A stretch of DNA of 61,476 nucleotides, counting the filler, from Chloroflexota bacterium (GTDB taxonomy: Bacteria; Chloroflexota; Chloroflexia; QHBQ01): assembly GCA_043754535.1 (NCBI GenBank). It is 4 parts of 4 records of this genome, joined end to end, with 100 filler letters (N's around TTAATTAATTAA, not from the genome) between each part and the next. Parts side by side here need not be neighbours in the genome. Positions count along the whole stretch, not along the records: positions 46,567 to 61,476 come from JAYUUN010000042.1; 3 more parts are not named here. One strand, given 5' to 3'. Positions 49,501 to 60,159 of the stretch are shown in pieces; positions within the stretch are counted from its first letter, which is position 1, and every line of letters begins with the position of its first letter. The notes under the pieces are model-generated. The model had not been told where the DNA came from. It searched no databases and saw only the letters and a program-made list of their open reading frames with translations. Both the position numbers and the translations under genes were made by a program.

Positions 49501-49886
49501 TCCTCGGCGGCTTCCATCTGCCCCTCGCTCATGCCCTGCGCCTTGAGGCTAGCCTCCTTCTCGCGCTCCTGCTCGCTCATGCCCGCTTCACGAGTAAGCT
49601 CGTCGGCAGGAAGGTTGGCTATGGCCTCAGTCATCCCTTCTTCGCGGGTGACTTGGGCGGCAGGGACGGCAGCCTTGTCAGGGTCAACCGCTTTGTCAGG
49701 GTCAACCGCTTTGTCAGGGTCAACCACTTTGTCGAGGTCAGCAGCCTTGCTGCTAGTTTGGGCCACTGTGGGGGTAGTTGTTGTCTTGCTGCCAGCGTTG
49801 AACCAACCACCCGCGAAGCCCACCGCTGTCACCAGCAGGATCGCCACGACCAGGGCGGCACCAATCTTGAACTGCTTACTGCTCAT
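46567..49886 (-). CDS. Secreted BNR/Asp-box double beta-propeller (VPS10/GH74-like) with Thr/Pro linker and SLH domain, 3' truncated
   Basis: SGRVNSIAIDP, RTTDGGSTW, KSTDGGTTF, HVDQH, GAQDNG, GGDG; FSDVP...FRPNDSTKRGEFAKI; VDPDKA x3 and PTSTVVVS x3 repeats. Confidence 0.85.
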
Positions 49887-50218
49887 TCGGCCTTTTCCTC
49901 TCTCTATCTCTGCCAATCACGGGCCACTCAATACCGCCCCTGACCAGCCAGTAGGCGGCTTCGCGGGAGCGGCACTGAACCCGCCCCGCTCAATGCGTCT
50001 GCGCCCAACCACAATGGGTACGCAACTGGGGTAGGCATTCGTCTAAGCGCATTGTAGAAGGGATTATAGCACAAACTGGCGGTCAGGTAAACTATTCACC
50101 AGCTTATAACTGCTCATCTCGGCGGGGGGCAGGCGAACCAGGGCGCGCAGCCAGCCAACGGCGTGATCGGCAACGACGTGGCTGGCTGGATGCAGTGGGC
50201 TACCAGGTGAGACAGCAA

Positions 50219-51694
50219 CTAGCGCGGCGGTAGCTTGTAGTCGCCAGTGCTGAATCGCCAGGTGCGGTCAAATGGCAGATCGGCGATTGCACCGCGCACC
50301 TGCACGCTGTAGCTGCTATTCGCTCGCAAGGGGTTGACCGCGATCAGAGCGTAGCAAGAACCCTTGCAGTCCGCTGGGCTGAGATGAACCGTCACCGGCT
50401 GGCCCGTAGCGTCGCGTAGCTGGGCGTAATCTACCCGCAGGCTGCCATTAACCCCTTGCAAGGTGAAGGGGTAGCCGACCGGGCGGCTGGCCCCGGCTGG
50501 CAGTGGGTCTGGGGCCTCGCCCCCGTCCCAGTAGGTGGGGATGCTGCTCTGCCCATCGGCGGGGTAAGCCAGTGGGTAGGGCTTGACCGCCGTCTGTGGA
50601 TTGTCGGGGATGCCACCGAAGTCCATCACGTCCACCGCCACTTGCTGCTGCTTGTCGCTGTCATAGCGCGAACCGTAGCCATAGCCAGTGTAGCGGGCGT
50701 TGGGGTCGATCAGGATCAGGCGGTGGTAGATGGTCGCCATCCACTGGTCTACGCTGTCTGCTGGGTCGCCAGTGAAGGCCATCACCTCAGCCCCACCAAA
50801 GTAGGGATAGCCAGTCACCTTGATGCGGTCGGAGGGCCACTTGCCGGTGAAGCCCCCCTGCCCCGCGACCTCACCATGTGCGCCGAACTCCTGGGCCGCC
50901 TGGTTGCGATAGTTGAGCAGGAAGTAGTCGGCGTGGTGCTGGGCGGCAGCCACAACCGCGGGGTGCAACTCAAGCGGTGGCAGGCCGAGGACGGTGCGAT
51001 AGCGGTTGGCCTGGGTTAGCGCACGTTGAGGTGAGGTGGGCTGTATCTCATTGCCCAACAGACCAAGCTCCACCTTGCTAGAGTCGGGGTTGTTGGGGTG
51101 GTACTCAAAGCGCGCCCGCTCAAACCACTGGGTCAGCAGCGACTCGCCGGTGCTGGCGCGCTCCATCGTCGCCTCACTGATCGGGTAGCCAAAGAGGGCG
51201 AGACTCTCACGTTCGCTGATGCCCGCGTCGCCGAGATCGAGGCCGTGGCTGTGCCAATAGTCCCAGAACTGGGGGGCAATCGCGTGGCCGACAGCAGGGT
51301 AGTAGTGATCGGCGGTGGAGCTGCCCTTCGGCAAGCTGGCCGGGTCGCGCCCTGCCAACCGCAACACCTCGTCACCCAGGCGACCGAGTAGCACATTGTA
51401 GGGAGCAGCGTTCTCTGGGTGTAGTTCGAGGCGATTGCGCTCAAACCACTGGCTAAGGAGGTAGCTACCCTGCGGGCTGGTGCGTCCACGGGCGTGGGTG
51501 GTGGGGTAGCCGAAGACGGGCAAGCCCCCATTCTTGAGCCAGTAGTCGCGCAGGGTAGCATCAAGTAGACACTGCTGCGTCTGCGCGAAGCAGAGTGGCT
51601 GGTCGTCGGCCCGACCAGTCTGGGGCCAGCCGAGGGTGAGCAGAGCCAGCAAACTGAGGAAGCAGGTGAGCCGTTGCCGTCGTCGCTTATCCAT
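50219..51694 (-). CDS. Secreted CAP/SCP-domain protein with Chloroflexota-type N-terminal repeats
   Basis: QWFERNRLELHP / QWFERARFEYHP repeats; ANRYR..LGL, AAQHHADY, WMATIYHR. Confidence 0.85.
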   Translation of the reverse strand: MDKRRRQRLTCFLSLLALLTLGWPQTGRADDQPLCFAQTQQCLLDATLRDYWLKNGGLPVFGYPTTHARGRTSPQGSYLLSQWFERNRLELHPENAAPYNVLLGRLGDEVLRLAGRDPASLPKGSSTADHYYPAVGHAIAPQFWDYWHSHGLDLGDAGISERESLALFGYPISEATMERASTGESLLTQWFERARFEYHPNNPDSSKVELGLLGNEIQPTSPQRALTQANRYRTVLGLPPLELHPAVVAAAQHHADYFLLNYRNQAAQEFGAHGEVAGQGGFTGKWPSDRIKVTGYPYFGGAEVMAFTGDPADSVDQWMATIYHRLILIDPNARYTGYGYGSRYDSDKQQQVAVDVMDFGGIPDNPQTAVKPYPLAYPADGQSSIPTYWDGGEAPDPLPAGASRPVGYPFTLQGVNGSLRVDYAQLRDATGQPVTVHLSPADCKGSCYALIAVNPLRANSSYSVQVRGAIADLPFDRTWRFSTGDYKLPPR

Positions 51695-51721
51695 ACAACC
51701 ATCCCTTCACTAGCCAGTAAT

Positions 51722-53344
51722 CTATTCCACCGCCGCCATACTTGCTTTGATCTCGTCAACGATCTCCTCGCGCACGCGCTCATCCTCCTGCGACAACTTC
51801 TTCTGGTCAAGATAGCTGATCGACCACTCTCTGGGCAGGTCGTAGCCGAGGTAGCGGTTGCCCAGTTCCTTGCGCGTAGGCCGCTGGTCTAGCAGGGCGA
51901 TGATCGCCTTGAGGCCGAGTAGCTTGAGGTGGTCGGTGTCGCGCCGCTGCCCATCCTTGATCTCGGCAAGGGCGTAGGGGGCGTGGTGGCCGTGTGGCGG
52001 CTGCTTGCGCTGCACCAGATGCCAGACGCTATCCACGATCTGGTTGCGCTGCACCCGCAAGTCCTTCGCCCGAACGGCGGGCAGCGGGCTGGCTGTTCTA
52101 CCCTGCTCCTCCGCCTCGGTTTGCTCCTCGGTCTGTACTTGCTCGGTGGCGGCTGGCAAGGGTGGGCCGGGAGGAGCCGGGTTGTACGGCCTGATCACAG
52201 CCCCTGCAAGTGGTCGCTTGAAGCTGATGCGTGGTAGAGCGGGGGCGGCAAAGGCAGCCTCGATAGCGATAGCCACCGGGTGCGCCTTCGCCATAGCGTC
52301 CGCGATCATCTGGCGAAGATCGGGCTGTGGCACTTCTGGCTCGGCTGGCAGTATGGTCGCTAGTTTGAGCGGCAGCGTGGCTGGCTCAGCGGGCAGTTCA
52401 GGCTGCGTGGCTACGGCTGGCGTTGGTGGCTCAGGCTGCGTGGCTGCGGCTGGCTCAGGGGGCAGTTCAGGCTGCACGGCTGCGGCTGGCGTGGGAGGCT
52501 CAGGCTGCATGGCTGCGGCTGGCGTGGATGGTGGTGCTGGCGGGGTGATGGCTAGCACTACTGCTGCTGGCTGCTCATGCGCTGTAGGTTGGGGTGGCTG
52601 CCACCGCCAATAGGTGGCCGCTAGCTCTTGCAGACGGCTGCTCAACTGCTGCAAATCCTGGCGTTCCTCACTCAGGTCGGGGTCAGCGGTGATGTCCTTC
52701 TGCATCTGGGTCAGATCGGCGGCGGTGGCCTGCGCATACTGCCAGATTTGTAGGAACTGCTCGGTAACGTCTTCGACCAGCAGCGCGAGATTAGCCAGCC
52801 GCTCGTTAACCTGGATGCGCTGGTTCAGCTTCTCGCTGCGCCGCTGTGCGCCCGCAACGATGCTCTGCTCTGGGCGGCTGGCTACCAGCATGGCAGCTTG
52901 ATCAGCGGCGGGCTGCCGCTCCATGGCAGCCAGCACCAGAGGGGCTGCTGGCAAGGCGAATTGGTTGGCTGCGATCTCGCTCCTGCTCATGTCATGATCC
53001 TCCACATTCAAGCGCACCTCTGCCAGAGCCTCAACCGCGACGTTGCGGAGGTTGATCAGGCCGAAACCGCCCATGCCGTTCGTCCTCATGTAAGGGCTAA
53101 CCTCTGCATCAAAGCAGATGCTCGCCCCTACTGGCGGTGGGTGACTGCCGCTCTGGTCTTGCTTGGCCCACATATGCGAGGCGAGGACGGTGCGGTTCTG
53201 CGCCAGGGTGGGGTTGACCAGCAGCCAGAGTGAGTGGCCCACGTCGCGGCTGTATGGGTCAGCCTTGATCGTAGCGCGGAAGCGGTAGCCCTCGGCTGAT
53301 TGGCTGTGCCAGAGTTGGCGTAGCAGCTTGGTCTGTTGGGTCAT
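51722..53344 (-). CDS. Hypothetical protein with coiled coil and Pro-rich QPE repeats
   Basis: 540 aa ORF with GAGG/AAGGG RBS; QPEPPTPAA / QPELP repeats. Confidence 0.6.
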   Translation of the reverse strand: MTQQTKLLRQLWHSQSAEGYRFRATIKADPYSRDVGHSLWLLVNPTLAQNRTVLASHMWAKQDQSGSHPPPVGASICFDAEVSPYMRTNGMGGFGLINLRNVAVEALAEVRLNVEDHDMSRSEIAANQFALPAAPLVLAAMERQPAADQAAMLVASRPEQSIVAGAQRRSEKLNQRIQVNERLANLALLVEDVTEQFLQIWQYAQATAADLTQMQKDITADPDLSEERQDLQQLSSRLQELAATYWRWQPPQPTAHEQPAAVVLAITPPAPPSTPAAAMQPEPPTPAAAVQPELPPEPAAATQPEPPTPAVATQPELPAEPATLPLKLATILPAEPEVPQPDLRQMIADAMAKAHPVAIAIEAAFAAPALPRISFKRPLAGAVIRPYNPAPPGPPLPAATEQVQTEEQTEAEEQGRTASPLPAVRAKDLRVQRNQIVDSVWHLVQRKQPPHGHHAPYALAEIKDGQRRDTDHLKLLGLKAIIALLDQRPTRKELGNRYLGYDLPREWSISYLDQKKLSQEDERVREEIVDEIKASMAAVE

Positions 53345-53710
53345 CGGCCAGCTTCCCCTTCCTCAACTCCCTGCTCATCCTTCAGTATGCCACAAAGTAG
53401 CTTTTGCTGTCAAGGGTGGTTCTGCAACCTTGTAGTCACAGGCTGCTAGCTGGTTTGCAGCCGAGTGGTATAATGGTTGCAGCTTGTAGCGGGAGCGAGT
53501 TGGCTGGTTGGCTGCCAGCACAATGCCCGCCCTAGAGGGTCGCACCAGCCAAAAGCGCGCTCCTTGTGCTATAATGGGGTATTCCTGGCGGCGGTGCAAG
53601 ACAATCTACCCCGCCTGGTACATATTCCCCTATTGCGTAAGTGGCCCGCTTGCGCTATAATAGTGGCTAGACATAACACTCGCATCCGCCTTTCGCGGGG
53701 GGAGCCACGC

Positions 53711-56700
53711 ATGGCTAAGTTCAAGCTACAAGAAGCGGTTGGTAAGGCCAAAGAGGTGTTGGAACAAGGCGATAGCGAACGTGCTATCGCTATGTGCCAG
53801 TATGTCTTGCGCTACTATCCCCGCTGTATCGAAGCGTTCCGCCTGCTGGGTGAAGCGTACATTGAGCGGGGCGATAGTGAGACGGCTGGCAAGATGTTCG
53901 CCTACGTCTTGCAGGCCGACCCCCACAACGTCCTTGCCCATGTGGGCCGGGCGATCATCTACGAGGAGAAGGGCGACATTGACGCGGCTATCGCCGAGTT
54001 CGAACGCGCCTTTGAGCTAGAGCCGGGCATCCGCGAACTGCGTGATGAACTGCTGCGCCTCTACACCCTGCGCTTCGGCATTGAGGGGGCGCGGGTGCGG
54101 GTTAGTCGCGCTGGGCTTGCCCACCTCTACGCCCGCGATGGGCTGTTGCCGCAGGCGATCACCGAGTTCCACGATGTACTCAAGAACGACCCCCGCCTGG
54201 ACGTACGTATCTCCCTGGCCGAGGTACTCTGGCGCGATGGACAGCGTGAGGAGGCCGCCCGCATCTGCAACGCTGTCTTGCAGCAGGTGCCAAATAACCT
54301 GCGCGCCAACCTGATCCTCGCACAGGTCTGGTACAGCGACAGCCACCAGGACGACGCGCTGGCTTTGATGCACCGAGCGCAAGCCCTCGATCCGGATAGC
54401 ACTGTCGCCCGCAGCCTTTACGAGCGCGCCTCCGCTGACCTGACCATGCTGCCGCTGGAGGCGAGCGGAGTGGAGATGCCCAAGTGGGACTTGAGCGACC
54501 TGACCGCCAGCAGCGATCTGCCCGAAGGTTTGAGCGAAGTGGTTGCCCTCAATGAGAAGCCACGCCCCTCGCACATTCTGGAGGGCGAAGTGGTGGAGCC
54601 GGTGTTGGCTGCGGTGGTGGTTGCGCCGCCTCCCCCCCCCGACGCGGTGGCCGTGGAGACTCCCACCGACCAGATGCGCGACGCAGTGAGTGCTAGCCTG
54701 AGCGAGGAGGTAGCAGCGGAGATCGCCCCTGCCCTGGACCAGCCCGCTGCTCCCGCTAGCCGCGATGTCTTCCTCCAACGGCTGGCGCAGGCGACTGCCA
54801 CTACCCCGGTGGTTGCCGCCGCTGCCCTGCCAGAGCAGTCACCCATCGCTCTGCAAGCAGCGGCTGACGCTGAGACCGCTATCCAAGATGGCCTCCCCGC
54901 TGGGCAGATGGAGGAGCTTGACTGGCTGGAACGGTTGGCCCAGTCCACCCGCTACGAGGAGGGTCGGGCGCAGAGCATCTCCGACAAGCTCGATACGGGC
55001 AAGCTGGCAGGTGAGGAAGCACCTAAGCGCGGCTTCCTTGATGACCTGATGGATGATGAGGTGGAGCCGTTGCCACCGCAACCAGTCCAGCCCCCAAAGC
55101 GAGGCTTCCTTGATGAGTTGTATGAAGATGAGGAAGAACAGGCCAACGACCCTTTCACAGTAGCCGGGGATGAGACGCTAGACCGCGAGGCGCAAGCCGC
55201 TGAAGCGGAGACGCGGGCCGAAGCCAGCGACGAATACGACGCTGCATCATCCCCGGCTGAACAAGAGCTTGAGCAAATGGAGGCGGCTGCTGAGGTGGAG
55301 GCGGCAGTAGCCGAAGCCCAACTGAACGCCGAGTACTCCACTGAAGGCCAGCCGCCTGACGAACCCAGCGAGCGAGCAGTTAGCAGCGGCGACCCCTGGC
55401 AGCAGTTCGTGTCGCTGGTGACGGCGCAGCGGCAAGCGAGCGGGCCACGCCTAACTAGCGAGCCAGCCGCAGAGCCGTGGATGCGGTTCGTGTCGTTGGT
55501 GACGGCGCAGCGGCAAGCGAGCGAGCCACGCCCGACTGGCGAGCCAGTCGCAGAGCCGTGGATGCGGTTCGTGTCGCTGGTGACGGCGCAGCGGCGAGCG
55601 AGCGCACCACGCCTAACTAGCGAGCCAGCCGCAGAGCCGTGGATGCGGTTCGTGTCGCTAGTCACTGGTGGCACACAAGCTGAAGGGGCAGCTGCACCCG
55701 TGCTGCTGGCTGCCCCAGCGAAGACTGAAGCCGTAGCTACTGTGCGTCGGGTTGTTGTTACTGGCCCGCTTGAACTAAACCAGCCGTCCGTTGAGCCAGC
55801 AACCGAACCGTGGGTGCAGTTCATCCGCACTGTCACCGACCTGGCCGACGATCCCTTGCCGGGGCAGCCCGCTGCTGCCCTGACAAACGCAACTGTGGCT
55901 CCGTCAACTGAGCCTGCCGCCGTTGTCGCGCCCTCGACCCTTAGCCGTGAGTCAGCCGCAGAAGCTGCTGCTCTAGTCAAGCCTGTGAAGGAGGAGATTA
56001 TGCCTAGCTACGCTGAGGACGACGAGCAGGGTCGTTCCTTCGAGTTCGATTGGGAAAAGGAAGGCCTGCCCGATTACCTCAAGGAGTTTGTGATGGGGGA
56101 CAATGCCGACCTTGACCCTGGCAGCCAGCAGGCGGCGAGTGCGGCGGCCCCAACCGGTAACGATCTACCAGATTGGTTGAGCAGCAGCCAGCCCAGCAGC
56201 AGCCAGCCAGCCCAGCAGCAGCCAGCCAACCAGCCCGCAGCTGCCAGCCCGCAGCCGCCAACTCGGCAGCCCGCCGGCAGCCAGCCCGCAGGCGACTTTG
56301 GCTTGGACGATGGCCTCCCCTCCTGGCTGACCCCTGGTGCAGCAACCGCTCAGGGACAGGGCAATCCTGCCCCGTTCAGCTTCGACGAGGCGGCCTTCAC
56401 TGCGCCTGGTAGCGGCCAGCCTAGCGGGCAGGGAGCAGTGCAGCCATTCAACCTGAACGACTTTGGGCCGAGCAGCCCGCCGCAACCCGCAGCTAGCAGC
56501 GTGCAACCGTTTAGCCTGGACGACTTCGACTTTGGTCAACCAGCCAGCCCGCCCGCTAGCAGCCAGCCCACTAGTGGCGCGCAACCGTCCAGCCTGGGCG
56601 ACTTTGATTTCGGCCAGCCCGCTAGCCCGCCAGTTAGTAGCGGTCAGCCCGCTAGTAGCGTGCAGCCGTTCAGCTTTGATGACTTCAGCTTCGGCCAGCC

Positions 56701-59700
56701 TGCTGACCAGGCGCAGCCAGTTGCGAACGTGCAGCCGTTCAGCCTAGACGACTTCAGCTTCGGCCAGCCTGCCGATCAGCCACGCCCTGCTGCTAGCAGT
56801 GTTGGCTTGGGCGACCTCGACGATATCGCTGGTCTCCCATCCTGGCTGACCCCCGGCCCGTCGGCTACGCCCGCGCAATCGCTGCCACCAGTGCAAGTGA
56901 CCCCGCCCGCGCCATCCACTGCTCCACAATCGGGCAAGGGCTTGCAGCAAACTACTGCTACCCCCGACTCCTCACTCGGTGGCGACTTCGACGATATGGA
57001 CGGCCTACCCTCCTGGCTGTCCCCCCAGCAGGTGCAACCGCAGCCTGCCAGCCAGCCCGCAACACAGACGGCAGCGCAACCCTTCAGCTTCGACGACACG
57101 GACTTCGGTAGTCTCAGCCCAGTGGCGCAGGCAGGCAGCAATGTCGACGACCTGAACGATCTGGAGGATTTCGTAGACTTCCTCAGCCCCGTCGCTACCG
57201 CCCCAGCCCCAGCCACCCGGCCTATTGGAGCTAGCAACCTGGCAGATAGCGGCGTGCAGCCGTTTAGTTTTGACGACGCGAACTTTGGTAGCCCCGCTGG
57301 TAATACTAGCGTGCAGCCATTCAGCTTCGACGATATGGATTTTGGCACACCGCCCGCTGCCCTTACGCCCACCACGCCTGGTCAGCCCTCCAGCAGGGGC
57401 CTCGATGTTGGTGGCCTCGGCAATGTGCAGCCGTTTAGCTTCGACGATGCCGCCTTCACTGCGCCTGTAGGTAGCCCAGCCAGCCAGCCAGCCCCTAGCC
57501 GTCTACCTGCCAGCGAGTTCAGCAACCAGCAACCCTTCAACCTGGACGACACAGGCTTTACCCCCCCAACCGGCCAGCCTGCCACCTCACCGCTCAGCAA
57601 CTTTGACCTGGGTGGCCTACAACCCTTCAGCCTGGATGATAGTGCTTTCGCTATGCCCTCATCCCCAGCAGCGGCCAGCAGCAGCCTACCCCTTGATGAC
57701 TTCGACTTTGGCAGCTTGCAACCCTTCAACTTCGACCAGCCCGCCGACAACAATCCTGCCCCCAGTCGTCCGGCTCAACCCAGCCCCTTCGCCCCGCCCA
57801 GCCAGCCAGCAGCCAGCAACCGCCCGCCCGCCGACGACTTCGACTTCGGCCAGCTGCAACCCTTCGACTTCGGCCAGCCTGCTGATATGAACCCGGTTGC
57901 CCCTAGCCGCCCAGCCCAGCCTAGTCCCTTCACCCAGCCTAGCCAGCCAGCGGCTGGCAACCGCCAACCCAATGACGACTTTGGCCTCGGCAGCCTACAA
58001 CCGTTTAGCTTCGACAACGCCACCTTTGGTAGCCCAGCAGCTACCCCACCAACCCCGGCTACGGGCCGCAGCGACAGCTTCGACTTTGCTCCTTTCAGCA
58101 TGGACGACGCGCTTGGCCTTGAACTGCCGCAGGGCGAGCAGCAGCCCAATGCTAGCATCTTCGAGCAGCGGCCCGGCAGCAGCCCAGCCAGCACTGGCCG
58201 CAGCAATATGCGCTCTGATACCCCCTTCGTCAGTGACACGCCCAGCGATGTGCGGGCGATGGGCTGGCAGCGGGCTGGGCGGCAGGGTGCGCCACCGCCA
58301 CCGCTAATCGCAGCGGAGACTAGCGGTTCGATGTTCGACCGCCTGCGCCGCAAGAAGGATGCCGCTGCCGACTCCTTGTTGCCAGTAGAGGCGGTCAGCA
58401 GCGTGCCAGCGGTTGGTGCGCCACTCACCGCCGAGGAGCGGGTAGAATTGGCTAACCTCAACTGGCCGGTGGAGTACAACGATGGGGCGGTCGGTGACCC
58501 GTCCAGCCTCGCACAGTTCACCGCTCCAGCAGTACCCGCCGCCGCCAGCCAGCCTTCTGTTCCTACTGCGCCCACGCAGGAGGCCAGCCAGCTAGCCGCA
58601 GCGAGCCAGTCGGTCAGCGCACCGCCACCCCTCCCCGCTAGTCCGCTGCCCAACAAGCGGCAGACCGGCGAACTGGAGCCAAATAGTGCCGCCCAGATTG
58701 CTGACCGACTAGCCTTGCCAGAGTTGCCCACGTTTGCGCCCTTCGATCCCAGCAGCTTTGCCAGCCTCAAGGATGATGTGCTTAGCTTTGAGGAGAGTGT
58801 GCCGATGGCTGCTACCCAGCAGGCCAGCGACAGCTTCGACCTCTCTGGCCTCGACCTCAGCCCAGAGGAGCGCGCCTTGCTGATGGGTGAGGACATTAAC
58901 CTCGGCCACCTGGACGAGATCGTTGCTATGCAGGATCAGGCTGGTACCGGTGACTATCTGCAAGACGTAACCAGCAGCCCCTCCTTTGCTGCGCAACCCA
59001 CGACTACCCGCCAGCCCAGCGTGCCAGTTGAGGCGACTGCTTCGCCAGAGTTCGCCGCCAACCTCTACGACTCGTTTGCTGACCCCAATATAGTCGCTCC
59101 TACCATCGGCAAGGATGTGGACGCTGCTCTGCAAGAGCGTGAGGAGCCAACTGCCGCCGTCAGTGAGGTGGAGGCTGCCCGCCAGCGTATGGATGCCGAC
59201 CCTGGGGCTGGCCGCGAACGCTGGGCCGAGTACCTGGCCTCGCCACCACGACCACCAATGAGCATCCGCCGCGAGGAAGAACCAGCCATCAGCAAGGATG
59301 TGGAGCAGTCGGGGCTAGCCGTTGAGGCTGACAACGACCTGACCGCCGAGCCTGCCGCCACTGCCAGCGTAGTAGAAGATGCAGCCCCACCAACCTCTAG
59401 CTATGTCGCTCCTTCGCCAACCCCGGCCACCCCGCCTAGCAGCTACGTCTCGCCTGCCAGCGTGTTGACCCCACCGAGCAACTACGTGCCGCCAGCCGCT
59501 TCGCTGCTGCCCAGTGCGCCACCCACCCCGATCACTACAGCGATGGACGAGCAACTCGACCAATCGGATGGGCTGGCTAGCGAGCGGATGCCCGCCCCGT
59601 TGGTTGCTACCCCACTTGTGCCACCCACCGCATCCACCCCGCCGCCTGCGCCGTTCGTCATGCCCCCGATGACCACTGCACTACCGCCCGCACCTGCCAG

Positions 59701-60145
59701 CCCACCGCCCGCGCCCTTCGTCATGCCTGCGCTGGCTGGTGAGCCTGCTATACCACCGACACCACCGACTCCACCGAGCAGCTACGTGCCACCAGCACCG
59801 CCATCAGTACCCGCGCCAGTCAGCGACAGCCTGACTAGTATCAGTGCGCTGCGTGACTATGTGAGCGACCACAGCGACGACCTTGCCGCCCACTACGCCC
59901 TGGCGACCGCCTACGAAAACAGCGGAGACCTCGACCGCGCCCTCGACCAGTACAGGCTGATCATCAAGGCTCGCGCCGTGCCTGGCGAAATCCTGGCGAA
60001 CCTGGTCGGCAATCTGCAAGAGATGCTCACCGACGAAGCTATGAACAACAATCCCCGCGTCCACCGCCTGCTTGGTGATGCTTACATGAAGCAGGGCCTG
60101 TTCCAGCACGCGATCAGCCAGTACAACTGGCTGCTCAACAAGTAG
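53711..60145 (+). CDS. Giant TPR protein with N- and C-terminal TPR blocks and acidic Pro/Gln-rich repeat linker
   Basis: ATG 53711 after GGAG; N-terminal TPRs; C-terminal HRLLGDAYMKQGLFQHAISQY. Confidence 0.88.
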   Translation: MAKFKLQEAVGKAKEVLEQGDSERAIAMCQYVLRYYPRCIEAFRLLGEAYIERGDSETAGKMFAYVLQADPHNVLAHVGRAIIYEEKGDIDAAIAEFERAFELEPGIRELRDELLRLYTLRFGIEGARVRVSRAGLAHLYARDGLLPQAITEFHDVLKNDPRLDVRISLAEVLWRDGQREEAARICNAVLQQVPNNLRANLILAQVWYSDSHQDDALALMHRAQALDPDSTVARSLYERASADLTMLPLEASGVEMPKWDLSDLTASSDLPEGLSEVVALNEKPRPSHILEGEVVEPVLAAVVVAPPPPPDAVAVETPTDQMRDAVSASLSEEVAAEIAPALDQPAAPASRDVFLQRLAQATATTPVVAAAALPEQSPIALQAAADAETAIQDGLPAGQMEELDWLERLAQSTRYEEGRAQSISDKLDTGKLAGEEAPKRGFLDDLMDDEVEPLPPQPVQPPKRGFLDELYEDEEEQANDPFTVAGDETLDREAQAAEAETRAEASDEYDAASSPAEQELEQMEAAAEVEAAVAEAQLNAEYSTEGQPPDEPSERAVSSGDPWQQFVSLVTAQRQASGPRLTSEPAAEPWMRFVSLVTAQRQASEPRPTGEPVAEPWMRFVSLVTAQRRASAPRLTSEPAAEPWMRFVSLVTGGTQAEGAAAPVLLAAPAKTEAVATVRRVVVTGPLELNQPSVEPATEPWVQFIRTVTDLADDPLPGQPAAALTNATVAPSTEPAAVVAPSTLSRESAAEAAALVKPVKEEIMPSYAEDDEQGRSFEFDWEKEGLPDYLKEFVMGDNADLDPGSQQAASAAAPTGNDLPDWLSSSQPSSSQPAQQQPANQPAAASPQPPTRQPAGSQPAGDFGLDDGLPSWLTPGAATAQGQGNPAPFSFDEAAFTAPGSGQPSGQGAVQPFNLNDFGPSSPPQPAASSVQPFSLDDFDFGQPASPPASSQPTSGAQPSSLGDFDFGQPASPPVSSGQPASSVQPFSFDDFSFGQPADQAQPVANVQPFSLDDFSFGQPADQPRPAASSVGLGDLDDIAGLPSWLTPGPSATPAQSLPPVQVTPPAPSTAPQSGKGLQQTTATPDSSLGGDFDDMDGLPSWLSPQQVQPQPASQPATQTAAQPFSFDDTDFGSLSPVAQAGSNVDDLNDLEDFVDFLSPVATAPAPATRPIGASNLADSGVQPFSFDDANFGSPAGNTSVQPFSFDDMDFGTPPAALTPTTPGQPSSRGLDVGGLGNVQPFSFDDAAFTAPVGSPASQPAPSRLPASEFSNQQPFNLDDTGFTPPTGQPATSPLSNFDLGGLQPFSLDDSAFAMPSSPAAASSSLPLDDFDFGSLQPFNFDQPADNNPAPSRPAQPSPFAPPSQPAASNRPPADDFDFGQLQPFDFGQPADMNPVAPSRPAQPSPFTQPSQPAAGNRQPNDDFGLGSLQPFSFDNATFGSPAATPPTPATGRSDSFDFAPFSMDDALGLELPQGEQQPNASIFEQRPGSSPASTGRSNMRSDTPFVSDTPSDVRAMGWQRAGRQGAPPPPLIAAETSGSMFDRLRRKKDAAADSLLPVEAVSSVPAVGAPLTAEERVELANLNWPVEYNDGAVGDPSSLAQFTAPAVPAAASQPSVPTAPTQEASQLAAASQSVSAPPPLPASPLPNKRQTGELEPNSAAQIADRLALPELPTFAPFDPSSFASLKDDVLSFEESVPMAATQQASDSFDLSGLDLSPEERALLMGEDINLGHLDEIVAMQDQAGTGDYLQDVTSSPSFAAQPTTTRQPSVPVEATASPEFAANLYDSFADPNIVAPTIGKDVDAALQEREEPTAAVSEVEAARQRMDADPGAGRERWAEYLASPPRPPMSIRREEEPAISKDVEQSGLAVEADNDLTAEPAATASVVEDAAPPTSSYVAPSPTPATPPSSYVSPASVLTPPSNYVPPAASLLPSAPPTPITTAMDEQLDQSDGLASERMPAPLVATPLVPPTASTPPPAPFVMPPMTTALPPAPASPPPAPFVMPALAGEPAIPPTPPTPPSSYVPPAPPSVPAPVSDSLTSISALRDYVSDHSDDLAAHYALATAYENSGDLDRALDQYRLIIKARAVPGEILANLVGNLQEMLTDEAMNNNPRVHRLLGDAYMKQGLFQHAISQYNWLLNK
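55391..55666 (+). repeat. 81 bp coding tandem repeat, 3.4 copies
   Basis: Units start 55391, 55472, 55553, 55634; EPWMRFVSLVTAQRQASxPRxTxEPxA. Confidence 0.92.
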
Positions 60146-60159
60146 AGGAGGGTTGTCCC

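Noticed and set aside
49917..50090. Riboswitch in leader of the BNR-SLH gene
   Set aside because: GC-rich hairpin potential only; no c-di-GMP, c-di-AMP or other consensus recognised
55391..55666. 81 bp repeats as CRISPR or non-coding array
   Set aside because: In-frame coding repeats without unique spacers
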